DNA of 64,000 bases from assembly GCA_017656335.1 (NCBI GenBank), contig JACDOA010000006.1, positions 9,151 to 73,150 on the forward strand, given 5' to 3'. Numbering within the stretch: position 1 is the first letter of the stretch; each line of letters begins with the position of its first letter. The translations under genes and the position numbers were made by a program. Positions 18,839 to 29,290 of the stretch are shown piece after piece. Under the pieces are notes generated by a model. That model searched no databases. It was not told the origin of the DNA and saw nothing but the letters and a program-made list of their open reading frames with translations. This DNA is from Thermosipho sp. (in: thermotogales) (lineage in GTDB: Bacteria > Thermotogota > Thermotogae > Thermotogales > Fervidobacteriaceae).

Positions 18839-21303
18839 TAACTGCTATTATTTCTCCTTACTCATTTAAAGGTTCAATCTTAAAACTCAATGATACTATT
18901 AATTACGCCAAAGAAATTAAGGCAAAATCTTTGTTTTTGTGTGATGAAAATTTTCATGCCACTGTTGCTTTTATTGAATTGTGTAAAAAAAATAAAATAA
19001 AACCTATTGTTGGTTATAGATATAAAGATAAAGTATTTTATGCAAAGAATACTAATGAATTATATCAGCTTTTTGAAGCATATAATTCAAACAATTTTGA
19101 AAATTTAAATCTTGAATATATTCCGAGTGAAGAAATATATTTTGCTTACTACCTTCCAAATCAAAGATATTTGTATGAAATTTTTTCTGAGTTTTTGGAA
19201 GTTAAACCTGTTGAAAAAGGAGTTTTAAAAAAAATTTATTGCGATCTTGATGTTGATGAGTACAAATTATCTTCAAACCAAACTCTTCCAAAAGCTCCTG
19301 AAAATTTTTTAGATTTAAAAGTTTCTAATGATGAGTATGAAAGATTAAAAAAAGAAATTCAGTTAGTAAAAGAAAAAGATTTTGTTGATTATATTTATAC
19401 TATTTACGAAATAGTAAGAACAGCTGAAAATTTAAAAATTAAAGTTGGTCCGGGGAGAGGTAGTGCAGTTGGTTCTTTGTTAGCTTATAAACTTGGAATT
19501 ACTAAAATAAATCCACTAAAATTTGATTTAATGTTTGAGAGGTTTTTAAATCCTGGTAGAAAGGATTTACCTGATATTGACCTTGACATTGAAGATGAAA
19601 GAAGGAAAGAATTAATAGAACATCTAAGAAGAAAATTTAAATTCGTTTACCATATTTCGACCTTTTCGAATGTTGGCAAAAAAACACTGAAAAAATTAGC
19701 AGCCCAATTCAAAATATCTTCTCAAAAATTAGAATACCTTCTTAATCTTCCTACTCATAAAAGTATTCATGCGGCAGGAATTATAATTTCCACAGAAAAA
19801 ATTAATGTTCCAGTTAAAGAAAATGTTATTGAATGGGATATGAATTCCCTTCAAAAGCTTGGTTATATAAAATTTGATATTCTTGGTTTGAGAACTCTCA
19901 CAATACTTTCGGAATTAGAAAAAAAGTTTGGAAATGTCCCTGAACATGATAAAAAATCTTATAATCTCATATCTAAGGGATATACAACCGGAATTTTCCA
20001 GTTAGATAGTTTCATAGGAAAAAGAGTTTCTCGACTTATTAAACCCGATAACATTAATGAACTTTCAATTGTGTTATCACTTAATAGACCTGGACCTTTA
20101 AATGCAAGTATAGATAAACAGTATGCAGAAGCAAAATGGAAAAATAAAAAGATATTGGAACTTGATCAATTAAGAGAAACAAAAGGTGTTTTAATTTATC
20201 AAGAACAAATCATGAAAATTGCCATGGAACTTGCTAATCTTTCAGCTGAAGAATCGGATTTACTTAGAAAAGCTGTAGCAAAAAAAGATAAGAATTTAAT
20301 GGAAAAATTAATGAACAAATTTGAAAAAGAATTGTCTAAAAAATTGTCAGATAATACTGTAAAAGAAATTATTGATGTTATAAAAGAATTTTCAGAATAC
20401 GCTTTTAACAAATCTCACGCAGTAGCATATGCTCATATTACATATTATCTCTCTTATTTTAAAACTAATTTTCCCAAAGAATTTTACAAAACACTTTTAA
20501 AATTTGATACTTCAAAAAAAGAGAATGTAATTTTTGAACTTCAAGCTTTAGGTTTTAATATTAGGCTACCAAATATCAATCGAATTAATGAAAAAGAAAA
20601 AGAATTTGTAATTCCCTTAACTTTAATTAGTGGAATAAATGAAAAAATTGAAATTCAAATTTTTCAAAATGGTCCATATGAGTCTTTTGAAAGTTTTGTA
20701 GAAAAAAATCCCGAGTTGAATTTTTCGATAGTTGAATCTCTTATAAAAGTAGGTGCTTTTGATGATTTGGCAGATAGCAGAAGAAAATTACTGGAAAAAC
20801 TAAAAGAAATTAGAAGTGGTGTAAACAGTCAATTGTTGAAAATTTCTAGTAAATTGTTTGGTAAAAAAATTGAATACAATTATAAACCAGAACAATTATG
20901 GGAAAGATGTGATATGGAACATTCTATCCTGGGTTTTTCAATCACAAAACCAGTAAAAGATTTTAAAAACTATCTTTCTCCGTATGCTATTGCATTTTCA
21001 AGAAACCAAAAACTAGCAACACATATAATAACCAAGGGTGGATATGCTACTGATGGTATTTCGACATTTAAAATAAATGCACCAGACAATACATATACAA
21101 TAATAAATGAGAGAAAACCCAAGCTTATTAACGGACTAAAAAAAATCAATTACATTTTAAATTATATTTATTCTCATAAAGACATAGAAAAAGGAAATTT
21201 ATATGAAAGTGTAACTTTCAAAAGAAATGGCAAAAAAATCAAAATACTAAAATCACGTCCTTTAATTGATGACTACGATATAATTATTGAAGAAGGGACA
21301 TAG
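18835..21303 (+). CDS. dnaE: DNA polymerase III alpha subunit, short DnaE form
   Basis: GPGRGSAVGSLLAYKLGIT..FERFLNPGR..PDIDLDI palm motifs, plus AFNKSHAVAYA. Only 822 aa. The N-terminal PHP region lacks the usual His cluster (AIISPYSFKGS). Confidence 0.85.
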   Translation: MITAIISPYSFKGSILKLNDTINYAKEIKAKSLFLCDENFHATVAFIELCKKNKIKPIVGYRYKDKVFYAKNTNELYQLFEAYNSNNFENLNLEYIPSEEIYFAYYLPNQRYLYEIFSEFLEVKPVEKGVLKKIYCDLDVDEYKLSSNQTLPKAPENFLDLKVSNDEYERLKKEIQLVKEKDFVDYIYTIYEIVRTAENLKIKVGPGRGSAVGSLLAYKLGITKINPLKFDLMFERFLNPGRKDLPDIDLDIEDERRKELIEHLRRKFKFVYHISTFSNVGKKTLKKLAAQFKISSQKLEYLLNLPTHKSIHAAGIIISTEKINVPVKENVIEWDMNSLQKLGYIKFDILGLRTLTILSELEKKFGNVPEHDKKSYNLISKGYTTGIFQLDSFIGKRVSRLIKPDNINELSIVLSLNRPGPLNASIDKQYAEAKWKNKKILELDQLRETKGVLIYQEQIMKIAMELANLSAEESDLLRKAVAKKDKNLMEKLMNKFEKELSKKLSDNTVKEIIDVIKEFSEYAFNKSHAVAYAHITYYLSYFKTNFPKEFYKTLLKFDTSKKENVIFELQALGFNIRLPNINRINEKEKEFVIPLTLISGINEKIEIQIFQNGPYESFESFVEKNPELNFSIVESLIKVGAFDDLADSRRKLLEKLKEIRSGVNSQLLKISSKLFGKKIEYNYKPEQLWERCDMEHSILGFSITKPVKDFKNYLSPYAIAFSRNQKLATHIITKGGYATDGISTFKINAPDNTYTIINERKPKLINGLKKINYILNYIYSHKDIEKGNLYESVTFKRNGKKIKILKSRPLIDDYDIIIEEGT

Positions 21304-21304
21304 T

Positions 21305-21745
21305 ATGTATATAAATGAATTAATATGTAAAAATTGCGGAGGAAAATGTTGTAAATATTATCCAGGGCATACACTTCCAAAAGATTTTGGAAACTCTAAA
21401 GATGAAATTTTCAATAATTTAGTACTTGCTTTTAAAAGCGGGAAATGGGTCATAGATTGGGTTGATAAAAGTAAAAATCTTTATTTTGTCAGACCTGCAA
21501 TAAAAGGTAAAGAAGGTTATGTTTTTGAACACTCACTAAGTGGTGAATGCACTTTTTTATCAGACAAAGGATGTACTCTTCCGATTGAAAAAAGACCTTC
21601 AGGATGTCTTTACCTAGAACCTAAAGAAAATGAAACTTGTATTCCTCACCTTAGTAAAATTAACTCTTCAAAACAATGGCAAATATTTTTGGATATTTTA
21701 TTTGATGCTGCTATAGAGGCTGAAAAAATTGATTTTGAACTGTAG
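21305..21745 (+). CDS. YkgJ-type cysteine-cluster (CxxCxxCC) protein
   Basis: CKNCGGKCCKYYPG plus downstream CTFLSDKGCTL...SGCLY. The ATG at 21305 lies 1 nt after the dnaE stop, with GAAGAAGGGA upstream. Confidence 0.55.
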   Translation: MYINELICKNCGGKCCKYYPGHTLPKDFGNSKDEIFNNLVLAFKSGKWVIDWVDKSKNLYFVRPAIKGKEGYVFEHSLSGECTFLSDKGCTLPIEKRPSGCLYLEPKENETCIPHLSKINSSKQWQIFLDILFDAAIEAEKIDFEL

Positions 21746-21758
21746 GAGGGAATAAATA

Positions 21759-23789
21759 ATGAAAAAATTCATCCCCTTTTTAATCATTATTTTCTTGTTG
21801 TTTATTTCCATAATAATAATTTTAACTAAAGGAAATGTATATACTGGTCCTGAAGTTTTTTTGCCAGGTTACAAATATGGGGTGGAACTAGACAAAGTAG
21901 AAAACGAAAATGTTAAAAATTTTGTTCGCATAACTAAAGATTTTGGTGATGGTTCGAATGTCTTAATAATTTTATATGAAAAGGAAGGGTTTTTCAATAG
22001 AAATTCAACTGAAAAACTTTTTGCCTTACAAGAAGAACTTAATAAAAAAGACTATATTATAAATATTTTAAGCCCTTTAAATTTAGTCAAAATTACAGGT
22101 TTTTCAAAATCATATTATGTTTCTAATGGGGTTTTGCAAAAAGAGATTTTAGAAGATGAAAATTCTAAAAGTCTTATAAGCAGAGATGGAAAATATGTAA
22201 TTCTCAATTTAGTTTTTGATCCAGCTGTTAATGCTAGAAATTATATAGATGAAATTGAATTAATTACCAAAAAATACTTTGATGAATTTTATTTATTTGG
22301 TGAACCGATTATAGATAGTGAATTATTTAAAGAATTAATTAAACAAACTTACATATATCCAATATTTATGTTTATTTTGATTGTTTTCTTTTTCTATCTT
22401 CAGGTTCGATCCTTTAAAGTTTCTTTGTTAATTGTTTTTACTCCAATTATTGCTTCTATTTTGACAATGGGTTTGTTTTTCTTAACAGGAAGGCCCTTAA
22501 ATACTTTAACTGTAATGACTATATCATTTTTGCTAATAATAGGATCAGGATATGGTTTACATTATTACAATGCATTTCACAGATTTAAAGATATTGAAAA
22601 AACAAATAAACATATTTCTAAACCAATTTTGTTCTCAATGCTCACAACGGTTGCAGGTTTTATGTCATTCCTGTTTGTTGAAATTGAAGCGTTTAGAGAA
22701 CTGGGAATATTAGTTTCCATCGGATTGATAATCACTGTAATTCTAATATTCTCTATCGGGAAACAATCTCTTAAAAATCTAAATCCATCTAAAAAACCCT
22801 CATCTTTAGGCATAAAATTTCTTGGAAATAAAGTGGCCTTAATTTCTTTGATCATATTCCTAATTATAGGTTCAATATCACCTTTTATGATTAGAAAAAT
22901 TTCGGTTAATTCTGATATGGTATCTTACTTCTCTAAGAAATCTAAAATCTCAATTGCTTATAATTTAATGGAAAATGTTTTCAATTTCAGGGAACCTATT
23001 TACGTTGTCTTAGAAAAAGATAGTCCTTTCTTAGCAACCGATAATAATAAAATTAAAGAAATTAAAGAAACTCTCTCAAAAAGTGAGTTTATTTCCAGTG
23101 TTGATTTTCCTGATGATATTCCAATACCTATTTTATATAATTATTCCAAAACTACTCCTAGTTTAAAATATTATATTTCTTCACGAAATAAGATAAGGTT
23201 AGTGATAAACCTCACAACCGAAGGATATTACAATATTGAGAAAGTTAAAAATCTTATAAATTCAATAATGTCAGAAAAAAAATATAAATATTATATGGCT
23301 GGCAGTGCTTTAATTTGGGATGATATTAATAAAAACGTTAGAAATACCCAAATAAAAAGTTTAAGTTTTGCAGCAATTTTAATATTTATAATGGTGTTAA
23401 TAATCTTTAGAAAAATTCGCTCAACCTTAAGTGTTATGATTCCAATCCTTTTTACAACTATAATGAATTTTGTCTTTATGTCTCTTCTAAATATTAGACT
23501 TGATATCTCAACATCTATTACTTCAAGTATTTTAATGGGTTTAGTAATAGATTACTCAATTCATCTCGCTAGTGAAGAAAAAAGAATAGGAGACCCTCAA
23601 AAAACGGTTATTAATGTAGGACCTCCTATTTTAGCAAATGGATTAGGTTTAATATTGGGATTTTCTGTGTTACTATTTTCAAGCTTAAAATTATTTCAAT
23701 CAATTGCAATACTACTAATTCTTGGTATCGGGATAGGATTATACTTTACATTAATAATTCAACCATTTTTACTGAAAAAACGTAGATAA
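21759..23789 (+). CDS. RND-superfamily / MMPL-type exporter
   Basis: 676 aa. Two blocks of ~5-6 TM helices, each preceded by a soluble loop; the layout resembles predicted RND-superfamily exporters. No substrate can be inferred. Confidence 0.65.
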   Translation: MKKFIPFLIIIFLLFISIIIILTKGNVYTGPEVFLPGYKYGVELDKVENENVKNFVRITKDFGDGSNVLIILYEKEGFFNRNSTEKLFALQEELNKKDYIINILSPLNLVKITGFSKSYYVSNGVLQKEILEDENSKSLISRDGKYVILNLVFDPAVNARNYIDEIELITKKYFDEFYLFGEPIIDSELFKELIKQTYIYPIFMFILIVFFFYLQVRSFKVSLLIVFTPIIASILTMGLFFLTGRPLNTLTVMTISFLLIIGSGYGLHYYNAFHRFKDIEKTNKHISKPILFSMLTTVAGFMSFLFVEIEAFRELGILVSIGLIITVILIFSIGKQSLKNLNPSKKPSSLGIKFLGNKVALISLIIFLIIGSISPFMIRKISVNSDMVSYFSKKSKISIAYNLMENVFNFREPIYVVLEKDSPFLATDNNKIKEIKETLSKSEFISSVDFPDDIPIPILYNYSKTTPSLKYYISSRNKIRLVINLTTEGYYNIEKVKNLINSIMSEKKYKYYMAGSALIWDDINKNVRNTQIKSLSFAAILIFIMVLIIFRKIRSTLSVMIPILFTTIMNFVFMSLLNIRLDISTSITSSILMGLVIDYSIHLASEEKRIGDPQKTVINVGPPILANGLGLILGFSVLLFSSLKLFQSIAILLILGIGIGLYFTLIIQPFLLKKRR

Positions 23790-24284
23790 AATTTTAACTT
23801 TTAAAACTTCTGCATTTTTTCTAACATCATAATTAATATATAACAGGAAAAGACCTTTTTTATCAAAAATAAAAGGTAGAATTTTTTTATCAATTTCTGA
23901 AAGTTCACTTAAATATAAACCCTCTTTTTTTATCCAGTAAAGTTCCCCTTCCGGTGAACTAATTAGAGGCTGTTTTTTTACAAAAGCCTTATAAATAAAT
24001 AATATCCAGTTATAATTTTCAGGACCTATTTCAGTTGTAATCACTTTTAGAACATAATTATCTGAAATTTTTAAACCTGTTTCCTCGAAAATCTCTCTTT
24101 TCATTGCCTGCGATGGGCTCTCATTTTTTTCAATCTTACCACCCGGTGGAACCAATTTATTTTTAAATGGTTCCTTAGTTCTTTTTAAAAATAAAACTTC
24201 ATTAAATTCGTTGACAATATAACTTATCACAGCTACTTTTTGCTTATTACTCCTTCTAATATTTTCAATAAACGAACTAAACAT
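23769..24284 (-). CDS. NUDIX hydrolase
   Basis: Nudix box GGKIEKNESPSQAMKREIFEETGL; 171 aa. Its 3' end overlaps the convergent exporter gene by 21 nt. Confidence 0.8.
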   Translation of the reverse strand: MFSSFIENIRRSNKQKVAVISYIVNEFNEVLFLKRTKEPFKNKLVPPGGKIEKNESPSQAMKREIFEETGLKISDNYVLKVITTEIGPENYNWILFIYKAFVKKQPLISSPEGELYWIKKEGLYLSELSEIDKKILPFIFDKKGLFLLYINYDVRKNAEVLKVKILSTFFQ

Positions 24285-24298
24285 TACAAAACCTCACT

Positions 24299-25474
24299 TT
24301 AAAATCTTATATTAGAACCTACAAAAACACTTTTTGACCACTCTGAACCTTCCCAATCATAAATAATTCCAGCCATAAAACTTTCACCTATTAAAGGATA
24401 ACCAATTTCGCACATTGCTTTTGTATCACTATCTAAAAATTTATCTTCTGCAAATGGAGTTGAATCAAAATAAGAAGCTGAAACAATCAACCCATTAAAA
24501 TCACCAACAGTTGGTACTTTTAATTTCAAATTACCTTCTAATTTTGGATTTCCTCCATTAAAATCACCTAAGAAATATAAACTACCTTTTCCATAAGGAT
24601 CAAGTGTTAAATCGAAACCTGTTATATAACCAAAAGCGCTACTTTTATCCAAATAAGGTAATTGGGAATTCAATTTCAGAGTTGTATACATATTATCAAA
24701 CAATCTTGGAATATAACCATTCATTGCATAATATACGCCAACTGTATAATTTAGTAAATTCCCTATTTCTCCATAAACACCTGCAAAAACACCTTTCCCA
24801 ACTTCTGAGAATGTTTGATCTGCTTGAACAGCACCTTCGATTCCTATCTTTACTACTGAAATTGGTAGGGTTAACGATACACTTCCACTATATTTTACTG
24901 GTGTACCATTATTCAATGTATAGGTATTTGAAGCATCGAAATCTATTAATCCTGCAATACTTAAATCAAACAACTTAAATCTTGTTACAATTTCGCCCAT
25001 ATAAATACTATCCGATTCAACAAAAGAAAAAGGAACAAATGATTGTAGTTCATAAGGTACATGTATGCTGGTTTTTAAGTTTTTAATTTTTAAAGAGAGG
25101 TCAAAAGCTCTTGTATTGGGGTTAAAATATCTTCTAACATTAAATCCTAATCCATATGTAACAGGTCTTGCTTTTCCATATCTAAAACTGAATGATTCAA
25201 AATCTAATCCCAAACTATTAATAATAAAACCATTAATAATATTAGTACTTGGTTCACTAGAAGGTAAGCCAAAATAGAATGTCCCATAAACAACATCAGT
25301 GGCATATGTTGTAAAACCTATTCCTAAGGACACTGGCCCTACTGTGAACTCTGGTGTAATTTCATATATGAAATATTTTTCGCCATTTTTTTCTATAGTT
25401 CCAACAAACAAGGGTATCTCAGCAAAAACAAAAAAAGCAATTACTAAAAATAGTACTAAAAACATTTTTTTCAT
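24299..25474 (-). CDS. Secreted beta-rich protein, possible outer-envelope (toga) beta-barrel
   Basis: Signal peptide MKKMFLVLFLVIAFFVFA, alternating aromatic/small residues throughout, and a C-terminal ...GSNIRF ending in Phe as in many OMPs. No specific family recognised. Confidence 0.45.
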   Translation of the reverse strand: MKKMFLVLFLVIAFFVFAEIPLFVGTIEKNGEKYFIYEITPEFTVGPVSLGIGFTTYATDVVYGTFYFGLPSSEPSTNIINGFIINSLGLDFESFSFRYGKARPVTYGLGFNVRRYFNPNTRAFDLSLKIKNLKTSIHVPYELQSFVPFSFVESDSIYMGEIVTRFKLFDLSIAGLIDFDASNTYTLNNGTPVKYSGSVSLTLPISVVKIGIEGAVQADQTFSEVGKGVFAGVYGEIGNLLNYTVGVYYAMNGYIPRLFDNMYTTLKLNSQLPYLDKSSAFGYITGFDLTLDPYGKGSLYFLGDFNGGNPKLEGNLKLKVPTVGDFNGLIVSASYFDSTPFAEDKFLDSDTKAMCEIGYPLIGESFMAGIIYDWEGSEWSKSVFVGSNIRF

Positions 25475-25566
25475 AGTCCCACCTCCATATCTAAAATATT
25501 ATTCTGTAATTTCATTGATAATATTATATCATTGTTTATTTTTTGTTTATTTTTTATTTTAAATTG

Positions 25567-25575
25567 TGCTATAAT
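25567..25575 (+). promoter_or_regulatory. Candidate extended -10 element (TGcTATAAT) for the 25608 gene
   Basis: tgtgcTATAAT, with TATAAT at 25570-25575, ~20 nt upstream of the RBS AAGGGGGGAG (25594-25603) and TTG 25608. Confidence 0.35.
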
Positions 25576-25607
25576 TTAAAAAGACATAATTACAAGGGGG
25601 GAGACAT

Positions 25608-26849
25608 TTGTTTGAACTATCAATTAATGAAAAGATTTTTTTAAATTTCTTACTTTTTTTTATAAAAAAATTTGATTATTCAATTAGCTTTGACGAAAAC
25701 GGTGATTTAATAGTTAAATCTTCATCGATTGATGTAAATAGTTTAAAAAAAGTTCCCATAGAAAACATAAATTTAAACTATGAAATTTTTTCAAATGGTC
25801 AATCTGTAAAACTCTCAGATATTGATGTTCCTGTTTTAGAAAATTCTACTCTTATTTTCAGAAACCTTCCACAAAATTATAATGATAAGGTTAAATTTTT
25901 CTTCAAAGATCTTTCTAATGAAAAAACCCTTGAAGAAACTGATTTTGGAGAGGTATTACTCAAAGAAGATATTTCAAAAATCTATGTTTCTGGCTTTCTT
26001 GTCGCTACAGAACCTAATTTTCTCTTTAGTTACAACATAAAAACACCTTCAAAATCAATTATAGAAAAACTAGAACATTTTGACATACCATTTAAAAGAA
26101 CAGCATATGTTAATAAAATTAAAAAGATTTTGTTATATTGCGAAAACGCTGAAGTTGCAATATATTTAGCTGATGATCTAAAAAAACTTATTAATGGTGA
26201 ATCACATGATGAAATAAATTGGAAAGATGTACAAATTCATGCTATTAAACTCTTAAATGGTTTAAACAAAGTTTTGTTTTTTACAGAAAAAGAAGAAGAA
26301 CAGTACTCTAAGATAATTGAATTCGCAAAATCAAAAGGCTATAAATTGATATTAGTTTCAGAGGCTTTGCGAAAATATTTAGACAATGAAAGAGATATTT
26401 TTGGAAATAGAATTAATACAACACTTAGGTTTTACAATGAATACTCAAAATCTTTTCAATTCGATTTTGTAGATTTAAAAAATTTAGAAAATGAAGAATT
26501 AAAAAACCTAGAGTTAATTCAAAAGTTTTTAAACCTTTTAGAGCTCAATTTAAAAATTCTGGTTTCAAACAATATGTTGCAAAGCTTGGATAATAGAGAA
26601 GAAACATTTGCATGCAACATTGAAAATCAAATAATATTTAAAAGAAATATAATTAAAGATTTGAATTTACTATTAAACCAATTCTTAATAAACGTTAGTA
26701 AAATTATTTACCCTAACGATACATCTTTTGATGCTCTATTAAAAACATCTTCAGATTTAATCATTAAAATTTCCAATGTCAAAACCTATAAGACAAATGC
26801 AAAAAATAGAGAATCAGTTTTTGAAAAATTATTCAAAAAATTCAAATGA
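25608..26849 (+). CDS. Hypothetical protein, no confidently recognised domain
   Basis: 413-aa ORF with a strong RBS (AAGGGGGGAG) and TTG start. Soluble-looking and K/E/N-rich, with no catalytic motif visible. Confidence 0.5.
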   Translation: MFELSINEKIFLNFLLFFIKKFDYSISFDENGDLIVKSSSIDVNSLKKVPIENINLNYEIFSNGQSVKLSDIDVPVLENSTLIFRNLPQNYNDKVKFFFKDLSNEKTLEETDFGEVLLKEDISKIYVSGFLVATEPNFLFSYNIKTPSKSIIEKLEHFDIPFKRTAYVNKIKKILLYCENAEVAIYLADDLKKLINGESHDEINWKDVQIHAIKLLNGLNKVLFFTEKEEEQYSKIIEFAKSKGYKLILVSEALRKYLDNERDIFGNRINTTLRFYNEYSKSFQFDFVDLKNLENEELKNLELIQKFLNLLELNLKILVSNNMLQSLDNREETFACNIENQIIFKRNIIKDLNLLLNQFLINVSKIIYPNDTSFDALLKTSSDLIIKISNVKTYKTNAKNRESVFEKLFKKFK

Positions 26850-26864
26850 TGTTATAATTATGGT

Positions 26865-27839
26865 ATGAATATAGATACAGTATTACTTATAATTTATTTT
26901 TTATTATTTTTGCTTTTATCTAAATTTTCTCCTTTTATTATTGGAGCCATAATTATTGGCTTTTATTTTTCTATTATAATTGATGTTCCAGCAAGCTTCT
27001 TAAACAAAAAATTTAATAATAAAATTTCAAAAATTATTTCTTACACTTCTGTCCTTGGTCTAATATTATATTCCATGATTAAATTTGTTCCCATTGTAAT
27101 AAACCAAGGCAAATTAATTTTTGATAATTTATCCAAATTATCAATTAATGAAAGTACAAAAATTCCTAGTTGGTTATCTGAATTTTTAAATATTTCCAAC
27201 AAGCAGATCTCTAATTTTGCCCTTGAAATCATTAACAAAATCCTCTCCATAGCCCCATCTTTTTTTACAATGGCAATTCTTATAATTGTAACTACTTTGG
27301 CTGTTACAAATTTAAAATGGTACATGGCAAAAAATGCTGAAAAATTATTTGTAAAAAATCCTGAAAAAGGAAGAGATTTTCTTAAAAAAGTCTATAAAGA
27401 TTTTGAAAAATTTGTTAAAGGACAGGTGTTAGTCGCAGCAATAGTTGGTTTGATCGTTGGTATATTATCTTGGATTTTTAAAATTGAAGGTGCTTTTTTC
27501 TTAGGAAGTCTTTCATTTATCACCGATTTTATACCATTTTTTGGAGTATTAATTACAGCTATTCCTATGTTAATGTTAGGATGGTCTTCAAAAGGTTTAT
27601 TTGGTTTAATTATCGCATTTATGATACTATTAATAGCTAATCAATTGGAATGTTGGGTTCTTTCTCCTAAAATACAAAGTTCAAATTTAAAAATTCATTG
27701 GTTTATTTTAATTGTTAGTATCCTTCTTTTTGCCGATTTATTTGGATTTATTGGTATTTTAATAGCTATTCCCACTCTTCTATTTTTAAAAAGATTTTGG
27801 AACATCTATATAAAAGGAGGAAGTTATGACAACTGGTGA
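26865..27839 (+). CDS. AI-2E (PerM/UPF0118) family transporter
   Basis: 324 aa, ~8 TM helices. The central GQVLVAAIVGLIVGI...FITDFIPFFGVLITAIP arrangement is typical of the AI-2E family. Confidence 0.75.
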   Translation: MNIDTVLLIIYFLLFLLLSKFSPFIIGAIIIGFYFSIIIDVPASFLNKKFNNKISKIISYTSVLGLILYSMIKFVPIVINQGKLIFDNLSKLSINESTKIPSWLSEFLNISNKQISNFALEIINKILSIAPSFFTMAILIIVTTLAVTNLKWYMAKNAEKLFVKNPEKGRDFLKKVYKDFEKFVKGQVLVAAIVGLIVGILSWIFKIEGAFFLGSLSFITDFIPFFGVLITAIPMLMLGWSSKGLFGLIIAFMILLIANQLECWVLSPKIQSSNLKIHWFILIVSILLFADLFGFIGILIAIPTLLFLKRFWNIYIKGGSYDNW

Positions 27840-28590
27840 AAAATTTGAAAAACTACTAAAAATAATGGAAATTCTAAGAGGTCCTTCTGGTTGTGAATGG
27901 GATAAAGCTCAAACCCATGAATCTTTAATTCCTTACTTAATTGAAGAAGCTTACGAGTTTATTGAAGAAGTAAAAAATAAGAATTTTGAAAATATGAAGG
28001 AAGAACTGGGAGATATTTTATTACAAGTTGTTTTTCATGCTCAAATAGCAAAAGAAAATAATAATTTTACAATTGAGGATATTATTGACAATCTAAATGA
28101 AAAATTAATTCGTAGACACCCTCATGTTTTTGGAAATGAATCAGGTTATTCTTATGCACGTTGGGAAGAAATTAAAGCAAAAGAAAAAGGAGAGGAATCT
28201 TTTTCAAAAATTGGAAAAATTAACTATGCACTTCCTGCACTTTCTCTTGCAAGAAGAGTTCAGGAAAATGCATCTGATGTAGGTTTTGATTGGGACAATA
28301 TTGAAGACGTCTTGTTGAAAGTAAAAGAAGAAGTTGAAGAATTAAAAAACACAAAAAATCAAAAAGAAAAAGAGGAAGAATTTGGTGATTTACTATTTGC
28401 ATTAGTAAATCTTTCGCGTTTTTTAAAAATCGATCCGGAAATTTCTCTTAGAAAAACAACAGAAAAATTTATTAATAGATTTCAAACAATGGAAAAACTT
28501 ATAAAAAACGATAATAAAAAACTTGAAGAACTAAGCCTAGAAGAACTTGATAAATACTGGGAGGCAGCTAAAATTGAGGATATACGGTAG
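27826..28590 (+). CDS. mazG: Nucleoside triphosphate pyrophosphohydrolase MazG
   Basis: GCEWDKAQTHESLIPYLIEEAYEFIE and a second EEFGDLLFALVNLSRF repeat (tandem MazG domains). Confidence 0.85.
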   Translation: MTTGEKFEKLLKIMEILRGPSGCEWDKAQTHESLIPYLIEEAYEFIEEVKNKNFENMKEELGDILLQVVFHAQIAKENNNFTIEDIIDNLNEKLIRRHPHVFGNESGYSYARWEEIKAKEKGEESFSKIGKINYALPALSLARRVQENASDVGFDWDNIEDVLLKVKEEVEELKNTKNQKEKEEEFGDLLFALVNLSRFLKIDPEISLRKTTEKFINRFQTMEKLIKNDNKKLEELSLEELDKYWEAAKIEDIR

Positions 28591-29290
28591 AAATGTCTTA
28601 AAAGAAGTTTTAAGTACAAACACAGATGTTAAAATGGTTTATTTTTCAGATTCTGGCGATTCAGAATTGCGGGAATTGATTAAACATACTAAAGAAAAGA
28701 AAATTCCTTTTACAATTGCGAATAGAAAAATTCTATCTAAATTGTGTAACTACGATAAACATCAAGGAGTTGTAATTGATATTGGTGATTTTAACTATAA
28801 AGATGAAAGTATAATTCAAGAAATAAAAAGCCCATTTTTAGTGATTTTAGATCAACTTCAAGATCCTCATAATTTTGGTGCTATAATAAGAACTGCAGTC
28901 GGAGCTGGTGCAGATGCAATTATAATTCCTAAAAACAATTCTGTAAAAGTTACACCCACAGTTATTAAAGTTTCAGCAGGTACTATATTCAAAATTCATA
29001 TTATACAGGTAACAAATATTGGTAGATTTATAGAAAACATCAAAAATCATGGTATATGGATCTTTGGAGCTGACATGGATGGAAAAAAATATTATGAAGC
29101 TGATTTAAAAAAACCTATAGCTATTGTACTTGGTAATGAAGGTTCAGGAATTAGGAAAGGTGTAAAAGAAAAATGTGATGCTTTTGTTTCAATACCAATG
29201 AAAAATAACATTGATTCTTTGAATGTTTCCGTGAGTGCAGGAATAATTTTATTTGAGGTGATGAGACAAAATGAAGGTATTAATAGTTGA
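28574..29290 (+). CDS. rlmB: SpoU/TrmH-family 23S rRNA 2'-O-methyltransferase (RlmB-like)
   Basis: IYGRNVLKEVL, LDQLQDPHNFGAIIRTA, VLGNEGSGIR and LNVSVSAGIILFE motifs. The TTG at 28574 follows GGGAGGCAG; the track start at 28547 is less likely. Confidence 0.8.
   Translation: MRIYGRNVLKEVLSTNTDVKMVYFSDSGDSELRELIKHTKEKKIPFTIANRKILSKLCNYDKHQGVVIDIGDFNYKDESIIQEIKSPFLVILDQLQDPHNFGAIIRTAVGAGADAIIIPKNNSVKVTPTVIKVSAGTIFKIHIIQVTNIGRFIENIKNHGIWIFGADMDGKKYYEADLKKPIAIVLGNEGSGIRKGVKEKCDAFVSIPMKNNIDSLNVSVSAGIILFEVMRQNEGINS

Noticed and set aside
24604-25562. Plus-strand ORFs 24604-24978, 25065-25277 and 25299-25562
   Set aside because: They are antisense to the signal-peptide-bearing 391-aa envelope protein. 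No RBS and no motifs.
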